A stretch of 57,987 nt of DNA from a virus. Lineage: Duplodnaviria > Caudoviricetes. A program made the translations under genes and the position numbers. Where the stretch lies: the IMG/VR virus record IMGVR_UViG_3300032265_000041, positions 1 through 57,987 of that record. One strand, given 5' to 3'. Below the pieces are notes generated by a model. The model did no database searches. It was not told where the DNA came from and saw nothing but the letters and a program-made list of their open reading frames with translations. Positions 7,963-16,988 of this stretch are shown here, piece by piece (the first letter of the stretch is position 1; each line of letters starts with the position of its first letter).

Positions 7963-8330
7963 TAAAAGGGATATCCCAGGGCGGGCGTTATATTACGGTA
8001 ACTGGAGGTAGTCCTTCCAACCCCTATATTTCGCCTGGCAGTCAATCAGCAGGCATGATGCGCTATAATACCAACATGAATACTGTAGAAGTGTATGACG
8101 GAGTATCATGGAAAGAGATTGGTTCAAGTTACGCCGGCATATCGCTAACTTCCGAGGCCGAGGCATTACTTGATTGGGCTCGTAAGAAGCGTGACGAAGA
8201 ATGGCAAATGCAATCATTGGCTAAAGATCATCCTGCTGTTAAAATTGCCCTGGACAATTTAGAGAAGGCAAAACTACAATTAGATGCTACAATAATATTA
8301 AGTAAAGAACATGACACATCAACAAGTTAA
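7959..8330 (+). CDS. Hypothetical protein
   Basis: Overlapping start/stop coupling; contains GMMRYN...VEVYDG.SW. Confidence 0.7.
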   Translation: MIKGISQGGRYITVTGGSPSNPYISPGSQSAGMMRYNTNMNTVEVYDGVSWKEIGSSYAGISLTSEAEALLDWARKKRDEEWQMQSLAKDHPAVKIALDNLEKAKLQLDATIILSKEHDTSTS

Positions 8331-9942
8331 CCTAACACCACTACAGAAGGATTATGCTGTATATCTTCCCGCAATTTCCTCGTTCTACAGCACCTATATT
8401 GCTAAACAACGCCTAGAAAAGTTTATTGCCGACGATCGTATTCCTGCCGGATTTGATCGAGGTATTGAGGGTATGAACTTTCTTAATCCAGAACAAGGTT
8501 ACTTCACTTACAAATATGGTTTGTATTCTGCAGGTCACGCACAATTAGATCTACAAAAGAGTCTTGTACAAGAATCTATGATACAACAACGTGATCGCAA
8601 TAACACAATGATTCTAGGTGACTCCGGTGGATATCAGATTGGTAAGGGCGTTCTTAAGTTTGACTGGTTAGACTTCGAAGGCAAGGAAGCTACAAAGACT
8701 CGTCAAAAGATTCTAGAGTGGTTGGAAGTGACTGCTGATTGGTCAATGATGCTGGACGTTCCAACATGGGCATGTGATCACATTCACAGTCCAAAGACAG
8801 GGTTAAAAACATTTGAAGACTGTTTAGACAAGACTCGTTATAACAACGATTACTTCTTAATGAACCGGTTAGGTCAGACTAAATGGCTTAATGTGCTACA
8901 AGGTGGTGATTGGGAAACTGCCGAGAAATGGTACGACGGTGTTAAAGAATTTAGCGACCCTAAAGGTAAGTATGCAGGGCGCGAAGCAGAAGGTTGGGCC
9001 TTTGGTGGTGCCAACATGTGCAAGATGGATATTACTCTCAAGCGTATAATGACCTTGAGAGAAGATGGTTTGCTGAAGGGCAAAAACTGGATCCACTTCT
9101 TGGGAACAGCGCAACTTGACTGGAGTTGTTACTTGACGTTAATTCAAAGACAAATTAGGAAACATATCAATGAAGAGCTTACCATATCTTTTGACTGCGC
9201 CTCACCGTTTATTGCAACAGCGCACGGACTTGTCTATACGAACGCCCAACACACGCCAAAAAGGTGGAGTGTTATTATGGACAAAGCCCCAGACAACAAA
9301 TCACTATCAGGATCAGACATCCCGTTCCCATTCGAGTCAAGTATTGGTCGCAGATTAACAATGGCAGATATTGCCTATTACAATCTAGGTAAACGCAAGA
9401 CTGATGCAGAATTAGGTAGTGTTAAGTTCGATCATTTGAATCCAGATCATTATAATGTTGTTCCACGCCTTAACAAACTAGGTAGAATTCCAAATAAAAC
9501 ATCGTGGGATAGTTTTGCCTATGCACTAATGATGGGTCATAATGTAGAGTGCCACATTGTTGCGGTGCAACGTGCTCAGCAATTAATGGACATTGAAATT
9601 GCTAAAGTCAAAGATCGACTAACGTGGAAACAATGGAAGAAAGTCAAAGGTTCTGATATGAGTGATGAACATAGCGACTGGGTTCCCCGCAACATTTTAT
9701 ATTTTGCTAGCCTAATTGAGGACCTGTTTAACACAACAACTAAAGCAGAAGCGTTTGACATGATTGATAAAGCTGGTCCTTTCTTACGCAGTTTAGAAGG
9801 TGCTCGCTTACAGGGCGGTCCTGCTCAAAATACATTTGGAAGTTTATTTGAAATTGAACAAGTTACATCAGTTGATGAAATTGATCTAGCTAATCCAGAT
9901 GATGACGAATTGAGAGCACTCGAAGAAGCTATAGGAGAATAA
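8311..9942 (+). CDS. dpdA: tRNA-guanine transglycosylase-fold protein, probable DNA 7-deazaguanine insertase (DpdA-like)
   Basis: TGT motifs in the correct order: DSGGYQ, MMLDVP, VLQGG, AFGG, IHFLG, SFDCASP and late HN. Clustered with queD- and queE-like genes. Confidence 0.8.
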   Translation: MTHQQVNLTPLQKDYAVYLPAISSFYSTYIAKQRLEKFIADDRIPAGFDRGIEGMNFLNPEQGYFTYKYGLYSAGHAQLDLQKSLVQESMIQQRDRNNTMILGDSGGYQIGKGVLKFDWLDFEGKEATKTRQKILEWLEVTADWSMMLDVPTWACDHIHSPKTGLKTFEDCLDKTRYNNDYFLMNRLGQTKWLNVLQGGDWETAEKWYDGVKEFSDPKGKYAGREAEGWAFGGANMCKMDITLKRIMTLREDGLLKGKNWIHFLGTAQLDWSCYLTLIQRQIRKHINEELTISFDCASPFIATAHGLVYTNAQHTPKRWSVIMDKAPDNKSLSGSDIPFPFESSIGRRLTMADIAYYNLGKRKTDAELGSVKFDHLNPDHYNVVPRLNKLGRIPNKTSWDSFAYALMMGHNVECHIVAVQRAQQLMDIEIAKVKDRLTWKQWKKVKGSDMSDEHSDWVPRNILYFASLIEDLFNTTTKAEAFDMIDKAGPFLRSLEGARLQGGPAQNTFGSLFEIEQVTSVDEIDLANPDDDELRALEEAIGE

Positions 9943-9943
9943 T

Positions 9944-10201
9944 ATGGCAACACGTAAAAAGAAAGTAGATGTTATTATGTCTGCTGATATTGCAGAAATG
10001 ACAGGACCTAAAGTAGTTAAAGGTAATCACTTAACAGTAACTACACACCCGGACGGTCGTACTGAACTTGTTTGGGACGACAATGCATTGTTAGCAGAAG
10101 TTCGAACAGCATTGGAATCAGCAGAACTAGCGGCAATGAAACCTGCTGTTCGAGCAAAGGTATCAACACGTAAGAAAAAGGAAAAAGCAAATGGCAACTA
10201 A
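9944..10201 (+). CDS. Hypothetical protein
   Basis: AGGAG RBS; contiguous with neighbours. Confidence 0.7.
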   Translation: MATRKKKVDVIMSADIAEMTGPKVVKGNHLTVTTHPDGRTELVWDDNALLAEVRTALESAELAAMKPAVRAKVSTRKKKEKANGN

Positions 10202-10403
10202 AAAATCAGCAGTAAAAAAGATTAGCGATAAACTAGTTAAAGTAAATGAATCATTTACCGTTAATATGTATGACAACGGTTACATGATTGAAATCGGCGG
10301 GCGTAAAGCAGATGATGATTGGGGCAATGCTAAAATCCTTGTCAGCACTATTGAAGAACTAGTAGAGCTCATCAAAGAAGCTAGCGAGATGGAGAGAGAC
10401 TAA
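10191..10403 (+). CDS. Hypothetical protein
   Basis: AAGGA RBS; overlaps the upstream gene. Confidence 0.7.
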   Translation: MATKKSAVKKISDKLVKVNESFTVNMYDNGYMIEIGGRKADDDWGNAKILVSTIEELVELIKEASEMERD

Positions 10404-10405
10404 TC

Positions 10406-10921
10406 ATGACACAGTATACCGTTAGAACATACTATAAGAAATCTTGTGAACAACATGAGTATTTTTTTAATCGTAAAATCAAAGGTGCAAAGATCATTGT
10501 TAAAGATGGTTTCCGCAGTGCAGAATTTACTGTAGAAACTAGCGATGACAAGTTTCCAGAGTTTAACTTTACAGAAGTCTCAGGTGGTGATGGTAGGAAG
10601 GATAGCGTTAACTTGTTTGATTGCTTCGGCGACAATGTTGAGAGCACAGAACTTATAGAAATGTTTGACGGTGGTTGCTGGGGCGATATCGAGTTTGAAG
10701 GTCTTACTTTAGAACAAGAAGAAGAACTTGAAGAACTCATTAATGAGGAAGGTGCATACGCTCTAGAAGAACACGGTGACGGTGATTGGTACCTCGACGA
10801 AACAGAATGTTGGGTATGGGGTCCATTAGAAGTTGAAGATGAAGAAGGCAATGTTCGTATTGTATGTGCAGATGCAGACGGCAATATGGTTACTTTTGAC
10901 GACGAAGAAGATGAAGAATAA
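10406..10921 (+). CDS. Highly acidic hypothetical protein
   Basis: About 49 of 171 residues are Asp/Glu (hand count). Confidence 0.75.
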   Translation: MTQYTVRTYYKKSCEQHEYFFNRKIKGAKIIVKDGFRSAEFTVETSDDKFPEFNFTEVSGGDGRKDSVNLFDCFGDNVESTELIEMFDGGCWGDIEFEGLTLEQEEELEELINEEGAYALEEHGDGDWYLDETECWVWGPLEVEDEEGNVRIVCADADGNMVTFDDEEDEE

Positions 10922-10937
10922 TTGGGCAATCAATATA

Positions 10938-10966
10938 TTGACTCATACTATAAAACCTGCTATACT
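10938..10966 (+). promoter_or_regulatory. Sigma70-type promoter
   Basis: TTGACT-17-TATACT, 6 nt before ATG 10973. Confidence 0.75.
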
Positions 10967-10972
10967 TAATTT

Positions 10973-11485
10973 ATGAAACGAGATTACACAACTGGTGAAG
11001 CAGACAACATTCAATTCTTTACAGGCGTAGAGGTTGAGCACACGCCTGCATTTGGAATGATGACCTTGTTTGTAACAGGAGTGCATCCTATAGAAGAAAT
11101 TGCTCTAAACTTAAATGGTGCAGAGCATATCTTCTTCGGTGCCAACCATAGTTTCAATCCACAAAATAATTTAGATTGGCAACGTTGGGAAACTATGATT
11201 GAATTCTTTTTACGTAAAGAATATCTATGTAGTTTAGATATTCCAATGAGTGCTGTAGAAGAATTTAATGAAAACGGTCTAAATGATTACAATAACTTTA
11301 TTCCGCAAATTCGTGTTCCTATTCCTTACATTAAATTGTGGAACTACAATACAATGATTAAAATTGATGATAAAGATTTTAATGCAACTAACCCGGGTGT
11401 ATGGTCTCACAGTCTACATACACTTAAGGATCGTAGTAAGTTTACAGACTGGTCACAATATAAAGATGATAAGATATTAAAGTGA
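10973..11485 (+). CDS. Hypothetical protein in the deazaguanine cluster
   Basis: 170-aa ORF, translationally coupled to the QueD-like gene. Confidence 0.75.
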   Translation: MKRDYTTGEADNIQFFTGVEVEHTPAFGMMTLFVTGVHPIEEIALNLNGAEHIFFGANHSFNPQNNLDWQRWETMIEFFLRKEYLCSLDIPMSAVEEFNENGLNDYNNFIPQIRVPIPYIKLWNYNTMIKIDDKDFNATNPGVWSHSLHTLKDRSKFTDWSQYKDDKILK

Positions 11486-11856
11486 ATAAAACTTACATTA
11501 GAGTACGTACAGAATTTGAAGGATTCCACTTCTATCCAGGTGCAGGTAAAATTAATCCTAAAATTGCATTCCTAGAAAAAGAACATCGTCATATGTTCAA
11601 AGTAGAAGTAAAGATTTCAGTCGACCACCTTGATAGAGAATTGGAGTTTTTTCTAGTCAAGTGGGCGCTACAAGATTTCATCAAATCAGGCAATCAAAAT
11701 CATAAGAGCTGCGAAATGATGGCAACAGATATTTTACAACAGCATCTAATTCCTAACTACGGAGACCAGCGATACTACGAGATCACAGTTTCCGAAGATG
11801 GAGAATCAGATGGTATTGTAGAATATATCCCAACTTTATCAATAACTTCCAATTAA
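11482..11856 (+). CDS. QueD/6-pyruvoyl-tetrahydropterin synthase-like protein
   Basis: T-fold metal-site pattern GFHFY...HRHMFKVEV...SCEMMA; GTG start. Confidence 0.65.
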   Translation: MNKTYIRVRTEFEGFHFYPGAGKINPKIAFLEKEHRHMFKVEVKISVDHLDRELEFFLVKWALQDFIKSGNQNHKSCEMMATDILQQHLIPNYGDQRYYEITVSEDGESDGIVEYIPTLSITSN

Positions 11857-11866
11857 GGAAATTCAA

Positions 11867-12094
11867 ATGGCAAATCTTTCTGCCCATGTTCAAAAAACTC
11901 TCCGCATGAAACCCGAAGTTACTCGGATCTTTGACGATCTCGATAACTGGTTGGACTATTGCCGGTTCAATATGATTGCATTTAATCCTAGTGATTTGTA
12001 TCGCAGTCAAGATTATCGCAACTTCCAACGTGGTCAAGAATATCTTGAACGTAAGGCTCGTCGAGAAAATCGAGCACCACGTCAGGACTATTAA
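11867..12094 (+). CDS. Hypothetical protein
   Basis: AAGGA RBS; fills the gap between QueD-like and glycosyltransferase genes. Confidence 0.7.
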   Translation: MANLSAHVQKTLRMKPEVTRIFDDLDNWLDYCRFNMIAFNPSDLYRSQDYRNFQRGQEYLERKARRENRAPRQDY

Positions 12095-12095
12095 A

Positions 12096-13193
12096 ATGGC
12101 AAACGTCTTTCTAGTTGACCTAGAAAGTGTTTCGACTAGGTACACGGGTGAATGGAAAATTCATGTACCTAGTCTGCTTTCAAAGGAAGGACACAATGTT
12201 CAAATTATCTCTGGCCCTACGGATATTCCTTCTGCCACTACTCCTGGCGCTTTCCTTAATTTTGGTGGTACCAATATATATAAGGCAGACCAGGTTGGGC
12301 AGATGGGTCGACTATTTTGCAGTGGAGCCGTTCATCCCGGCGATCACTTTGTGTTTACTGATTCTTGGCACCCAGGTATCATTAACCTAAAGTACATGAG
12401 TGAACTGTTACAGATTCCTGTAACTACACACGGATTATGGCACGCTGGCAGTTATGATACACAGGACTTTTTAGGTCGTCTTGTTGGTGCTAAGAAATGG
12501 GTTAGACATGCTGAGAAGAGTTTCTTTTACGCATTTGATCACAACTACTTTGCTACAGACTTTCATATTAGAATGTTTGTAGACAACTTGTTAGAAAATG
12601 GTTACAAATCTGAAAATGCTTGGTATGAAGAAGATTTTGCTGATTACCAAACTAGTGGCAAGATTGTACGTACTGGCTGGCCTATGGAGTATATGGACAA
12701 TACATTGACCATGTATAAAAATATGCCCAAGCGTGATTTAATCTTGTTCCCACATCGTATCGCACCTGAGAAACAGGTTGAGATATTCCGCAATTTAAAA
12801 GAACACTTACCACAATATGAGTTTGTTGTTTGTCAGGATCAACAACTATCTAAAAATGAATATCATAACTTGCTAGGCGAATCTAAACTAGTTTTTAGTG
12901 CCAACCTGCAAGAAACATTAGGTATTAGTTGTTACGAAGGCGCCATTGTAGATGCTATTCCTATGGTGCCAGATCGATTATCTTACAGAGAAATGTATTA
13001 CGATACATTTAAGTATCCTAGTATATGGACTGAAAGTTATGAAGCATATGAGGCTGCTCGCCCTGCATTATGCTACAAGATTATTCAATATATGAATAAC
13101 TACGAACAGTTTAAATATCAGGTTCGTAGACAAGCAACAGACTTAACAGAACACTTCTTTAGTGCAACTACATTGTTGGAGAATATTAAATGA
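12096..13193 (+). CDS. GT-B (GT4-like) glycosyltransferase
   Basis: HRIAPEKQ and the E-x7-E motif ETLGISCYE. Start reassigned to 12096 (MANVFLVD). Confidence 0.8.
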   Translation: MANVFLVDLESVSTRYTGEWKIHVPSLLSKEGHNVQIISGPTDIPSATTPGAFLNFGGTNIYKADQVGQMGRLFCSGAVHPGDHFVFTDSWHPGIINLKYMSELLQIPVTTHGLWHAGSYDTQDFLGRLVGAKKWVRHAEKSFFYAFDHNYFATDFHIRMFVDNLLENGYKSENAWYEEDFADYQTSGKIVRTGWPMEYMDNTLTMYKNMPKRDLILFPHRIAPEKQVEIFRNLKEHLPQYEFVVCQDQQLSKNEYHNLLGESKLVFSANLQETLGISCYEGAIVDAIPMVPDRLSYREMYYDTFKYPSIWTESYEAYEAARPALCYKIIQYMNNYEQFKYQVRRQATDLTEHFFSATTLLENIK

Positions 13194-13651
13194 ACTGGTT
13201 TTTAAATATGCTTGAACGTCTAGGACGTAAACGTATTGTAATGGATAGACAAGATAATGAACCTTACCTTGAACGCTACTACATTTTTCTTAAAGATCGA
13301 AAGCACTTCCCCTTTAATGTGTTCATTCACAAGTTTCTTAAGTCAGACCCCGATGATGTGCATGATCATCCATGGCCTTACGCTACGATTATCTTAAAGG
13401 GCGGATACTATGAATGGACTCCTATATTCGATGGAGAAGGAAAGAAGATTGCAGAAACATGCACATGGCGCGGCCCGGGGCACTTCCGTACTTGTAGTGC
13501 TGATAGTTATCATCGTATTGAGCTCGATCCTGCTGTAGAATGTTGGACTATGTTTATGCCCGGACCACAAAAACGTGAATGGGGATTCCTTGTCAATAAC
13601 AATTGGATCCACAATGATGTTTATCTTACAAACCGTGCAACTCATGAATGA
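13190..13651 (+). CDS. Cupin-fold protein
   Basis: HDHPW...GGYYE...HRIEL cupin metal-binding pattern. Confidence 0.7.
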   Translation: MNWFLNMLERLGRKRIVMDRQDNEPYLERYYIFLKDRKHFPFNVFIHKFLKSDPDDVHDHPWPYATIILKGGYYEWTPIFDGEGKKIAETCTWRGPGHFRTCSADSYHRIELDPAVECWTMFMPGPQKREWGFLVNNNWIHNDVYLTNRATHE

Positions 13652-13919
13652 CAAAATTAAAGAAGCATTGGGCATTTTACAAGAAGAATGTGCCGAAGTT
13701 ATTGTAGAGGTTAGTAAGTGTAATAGGTTCGGAATTGATTCATTACATTACAAAACAGGCCTAACACATAACAAAATGCTCGAAGCAGAAATAGGCGATG
13801 TTCTTACAATGGTTGATATTTTGATCGAGCAAGGTGTATTAGATATACAGGCATTAGAACAGGCCAAGGTTGCAAAGAAAGAAAAATTAAAAATTTGGTC
13901 CACGATTTATGCACAATAA
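13644..13919 (+). CDS. MazG-like nucleotide pyrophosphohydrolase
   Basis: LQEECAEV...EAEIGDV motifs. Start reassigned to 13644. Confidence 0.75.
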   Translation: MNDKIKEALGILQEECAEVIVEVSKCNRFGIDSLHYKTGLTHNKMLEAEIGDVLTMVDILIEQGVLDIQALEQAKVAKKEKLKIWSTIYAQ

Positions 13920-13923
13920 CTTG

Positions 13924-13952
13924 TTGACAGGCCTAAATAAACTCTATATACT
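13924..13952 (+). promoter_or_regulatory. Sigma70-type promoter with nested TAAATA
   Basis: TTGACA-17-TATACT; TAAATA at 13934-13939 within the spacer. Confidence 0.75.
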
Positions 13953-13961
13953 ATACATATT

Positions 13962-14816
13962 ATGAAAATTAAAGTATCTGAATTATTCTATTCTATCCAA
14001 GGCGAAGGACGCTTTATGGGAGTCCCGTCTGTGTTCTTGAGAACATATGGTTGCAATTTTACCTGTCAAGGATTTGGTATGCCTCGCGGAACATTAAGCA
14101 CAGAGGCAGATGATATTGCTAAACGGGCTGTTGAATTTACAGAATATAAATCACTGCCGCTTGTTAGCACAGGTTGCGACAGTTATGCAAGTTGGCATCC
14201 AGCATTTAAAGATTTAAGTCCAACAATCGAAGTTGAAGGACTTGCTAACAACATTGTAGCTACATTACCATTTAAAGAATGGCGTGAAGAACATTTGGTT
14301 ATTACAGGTGGTGAGCCATTGCTAGGTTGGCAACGTGCATATCCAGAATTGTTGGATCAGCCCTGTATGAAGAACTTAAAAGAAATTACTTTTGAGACTA
14401 ACGGCACAATGCGTTTGACAAAAGACTTTCGGCAATATCTACTTAACTGGACATTAGGCAACAAGTCGAGAGGCAAGGATGCACTTACATTCTCAATCAG
14501 TGCTAAACTGCCTTCAAGTGGCGAGTCGTGGGAAGATGCAATCAAGCCAGAAGTGGTATTGTCATATGAAGATGTTGGACATGCATACCTTAAATTTGTT
14601 GTAGCAACAGAACAGGATATTGAAGATGCATTAAAGGCAACACAACAATATCGTGATGCTGGATTTAAAGGCAATGTATATCTAATGCCGGTCGGTGGTG
14701 TAGAAAGTGTATACAGCGTTAATAATAAAACTGTTGCATTGGCTGCAATGAAACACGGTCTCCGTTATAGTGATCGGTTGCAGGTGCCGTTGTTTAAGAA
14801 TGAGTGGGGAACTTAA
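13962..14816 (+). CDS. queE: 7-carboxy-7-deazaguanine synthase (radical SAM)
   Basis: ELFYSIQGEG, VFLRTYGC, ITGGEP, FETNG and C-terminal RLQV. Confidence 0.88.
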   Translation: MKIKVSELFYSIQGEGRFMGVPSVFLRTYGCNFTCQGFGMPRGTLSTEADDIAKRAVEFTEYKSLPLVSTGCDSYASWHPAFKDLSPTIEVEGLANNIVATLPFKEWREEHLVITGGEPLLGWQRAYPELLDQPCMKNLKEITFETNGTMRLTKDFRQYLLNWTLGNKSRGKDALTFSISAKLPSSGESWEDAIKPEVVLSYEDVGHAYLKFVVATEQDIEDALKATQQYRDAGFKGNVYLMPVGGVESVYSVNNKTVALAAMKHGLRYSDRLQVPLFKNEWGT

Positions 14817-14817
14817 T

Positions 14818-15255
14818 ATGAAAAAATTTGTTAAAAAACTGTTTGGCATTAAAGAGCCATATGTGCGGACTTTTGAAGAAGAAGAACGTATTAAAGCAAT
14901 TGGCGATGCAGCCGCAGAAGAATCTAAACGGATTGCTGAAGAAAAGAGGATTGCCGCTTTATCTCCAAAAGAAGCTGCAACTGAAAAGAAAGAGCCTTAC
15001 ATTATGGTTCTCAATACACATGTCAATATGGACAATGTGCGTAATGGATTCTTTGAGCTTGACTGGAACGAATACTTTGTGTTACAATTAAAGAGTGCTG
15101 GATACACAGGTGAATCAGATGAAGCTGTTGTGGATCAATGGTTTAGTGAACTTTGCAGAAATGTTGGTGCCGAAGAAGGCGTTAATATGGACCGTAGAGG
15201 TGCTGGATATATCAACGTAAATAATTTAGGTAACGGAAAGTCAGAGGTTTCTTAA
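14818..15255 (+). CDS. Hypothetical protein
   Basis: Start reassigned to 14818 (MKKFVKK), immediately after the queE stop. Confidence 0.7.
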   Translation: MKKFVKKLFGIKEPYVRTFEEEERIKAIGDAAAEESKRIAEEKRIAALSPKEAATEKKEPYIMVLNTHVNMDNVRNGFFELDWNEYFVLQLKSAGYTGESDEAVVDQWFSELCRNVGAEEGVNMDRRGAGYINVNNLGNGKSEVS

Positions 15256-16247
15256 TGTCAAAGACATATATTCTCGTGGATACTGCAAATACTTTCTTCC
15301 GTGCTCGTCACGTTATTCGTGGCAGCTTGGAAGATAAAGTCGGTATGAGCCTAGCTACAGTATTAGGTAGTGTACGCAAAGCATGGCGAGACTTTAAGGG
15401 CAATCACGTTATATTCTTTCTCGAAGGTCGAAGCTGGCGTAAGGACTTTTATGCTCCGTACAAGCGACAACGCACAGAAGCTCGTGCGGCACAAAGCCCG
15501 CGTGAAGCAGAAGAAGATCGTGTATTTTGGGAAACATTTGATAACTTTAAAGATTTTATTACTGTAAAGACTAACAGCACAGTCCTGCAACATCCACAAT
15601 TAGAAGCAGATGATTTAATTGCAGGATGGATACAAAATCATCCAGAAGACACCCATGTGATTATTTCGACAGATGGCGACTTTGCACAATTGATCGCACC
15701 TAACGTGAAACAATACAATGGTGTGATGCAGATTACAACAACACATCAGGGATACTTTGATGAAAAAGGTAAGTATGTTGTTGATAAAAAAACTGGATTA
15801 CCAAAAGGGCCACCGGAGCCAGAATGGTTATTGTTTGAGAAGTGTATGCGTGGCGATACTTCAGACAACATCTTTAGTGCATATCCAGGAGTACGCGAGA
15901 AAGGTACAAAAAACAAAGTTGGTCTACGTGATGCATTTGCCGATCGTGATTCCAAAGGCTATAATTGGAACAATCTCATGTTGCAACGTTGGACCGACCA
16001 CGAAGGTGCCGAACATCGTGTACTAGATGATTATACTCGTAATGTTAAATTATGCGATTTAACAGCACAGCCCGAAGACATCAAAGCACTAATGAAAGAA
16101 ACAATTGAAACGGCAACTACAGCTGATAAGAATATTTCACAAGTCGGTATCCGTTTGTTAAAACTTTGCTCAGAATTTGATCTAGTAAAGATTAGCGAAC
16201 AGATACAGAGCTATGCAGAACCGCTTAATGCAAGGTACATCAAATGA
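15255..16247 (+). CDS. rnh: RNase H / 5'-3' flap exonuclease (T4 Rnh-like)
   Basis: LVDTAN, WRK..Y..YK..R, EADDLI, STDGDF.QL and GDTSDNI. Confidence 0.9.
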   Translation: MSKTYILVDTANTFFRARHVIRGSLEDKVGMSLATVLGSVRKAWRDFKGNHVIFFLEGRSWRKDFYAPYKRQRTEARAAQSPREAEEDRVFWETFDNFKDFITVKTNSTVLQHPQLEADDLIAGWIQNHPEDTHVIISTDGDFAQLIAPNVKQYNGVMQITTTHQGYFDEKGKYVVDKKTGLPKGPPEPEWLLFEKCMRGDTSDNIFSAYPGVREKGTKNKVGLRDAFADRDSKGYNWNNLMLQRWTDHEGAEHRVLDDYTRNVKLCDLTAQPEDIKALMKETIETATTADKNISQVGIRLLKLCSEFDLVKISEQIQSYAEPLNARYIK

Positions 16248-16726
16248 TCTCAACTGCTAAAGTATTAATACCCAATAAAGAATGGTTAGTCCGCGACGAG
16301 AGTCGTAAAATTGGCAGTATTGCCAAAGGTAAAAAGGGCTATAGCTTCTTACATAAAGGATATCAAATAGACTTTAAGAATCTAGCAGATATTAAAACAC
16401 AATTTGGTATTGCAATATTTGAAGAAGGTATTAAGAAGGTTAAAAAAGATATAGTGGAAGGCAAGAATTATTACATCTACGATTTTCCATGTAGTAGTAA
16501 ACCTTACGAATCTGTATACAGCGTTAAAAAGAAACTGCCGTTATATGCCAAAAGTGCTAAAAGTAAGAGTCAATATTGTGCAGGGCATTACATTATCCAA
16601 TTTAGAAAAGGTTGGGTAAAGAGTTTCTGTCCAAAGTTGATTACCTTAGAACGGTATCCTTATCAGGGGCCGTTTAAAACTGAAGCAGAGATGAAGTCTG
16701 CATTAAATAATGTGAATAAAGCATGA
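16244..16726 (+). CDS. Hypothetical protein
   Basis: Coupled 160-aa ORF. Confidence 0.75.
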   Translation: MISTAKVLIPNKEWLVRDESRKIGSIAKGKKGYSFLHKGYQIDFKNLADIKTQFGIAIFEEGIKKVKKDIVEGKNYYIYDFPCSSKPYESVYSVKKKLPLYAKSAKSKSQYCAGHYIIQFRKGWVKSFCPKLITLERYPYQGPFKTEAEMKSALNNVNKA

Positions 16727-16944
16727 AACAACTTAACACATTACCTATAGAAGACTTCCTAGACAAGGCTCGTGTAGCAATTAAGTCAAATCAAAAGAAT
16801 CTTACATTAACTATTAAAGAAGTGACAGATCTTCAAAATAGTTTAAGTGTGGTTATGACTAGATTAGCAGGAGAACTAGACCAAATGACATCAACTGCAC
16901 AGCCCAGTACTGTAGAAATTAAGATGGACGGTGGCAAATTCTAA
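16723..16944 (+). CDS. Hypothetical protein
   Basis: Coupled ORF ending in DGGKF. Confidence 0.7.
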   Translation: MKQLNTLPIEDFLDKARVAIKSNQKNLTLTIKEVTDLQNSLSVVMTRLAGELDQMTSTAQPSTVEIKMDGGKF

Positions 16945-16988
16945 TTAAACCTGCTAAATATATACGCACTTTTCGGAGAATGTATATA

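Noticed and set aside
7959-8330. Tail-fibre-like GxxRYN...YDG.W motif implying a structural gene in the replication block
   Set aside because: One short motif is not enough to assign a function.
10432-10929. Antisense and alternate-frame ORFs (e.g. 10432-10929, 20864-21337, 28069-28617, 50767-51273)
   Set aside because: They are shadows of well-supported genes, arising from codon bias or repeats, and have no motifs or RBS.
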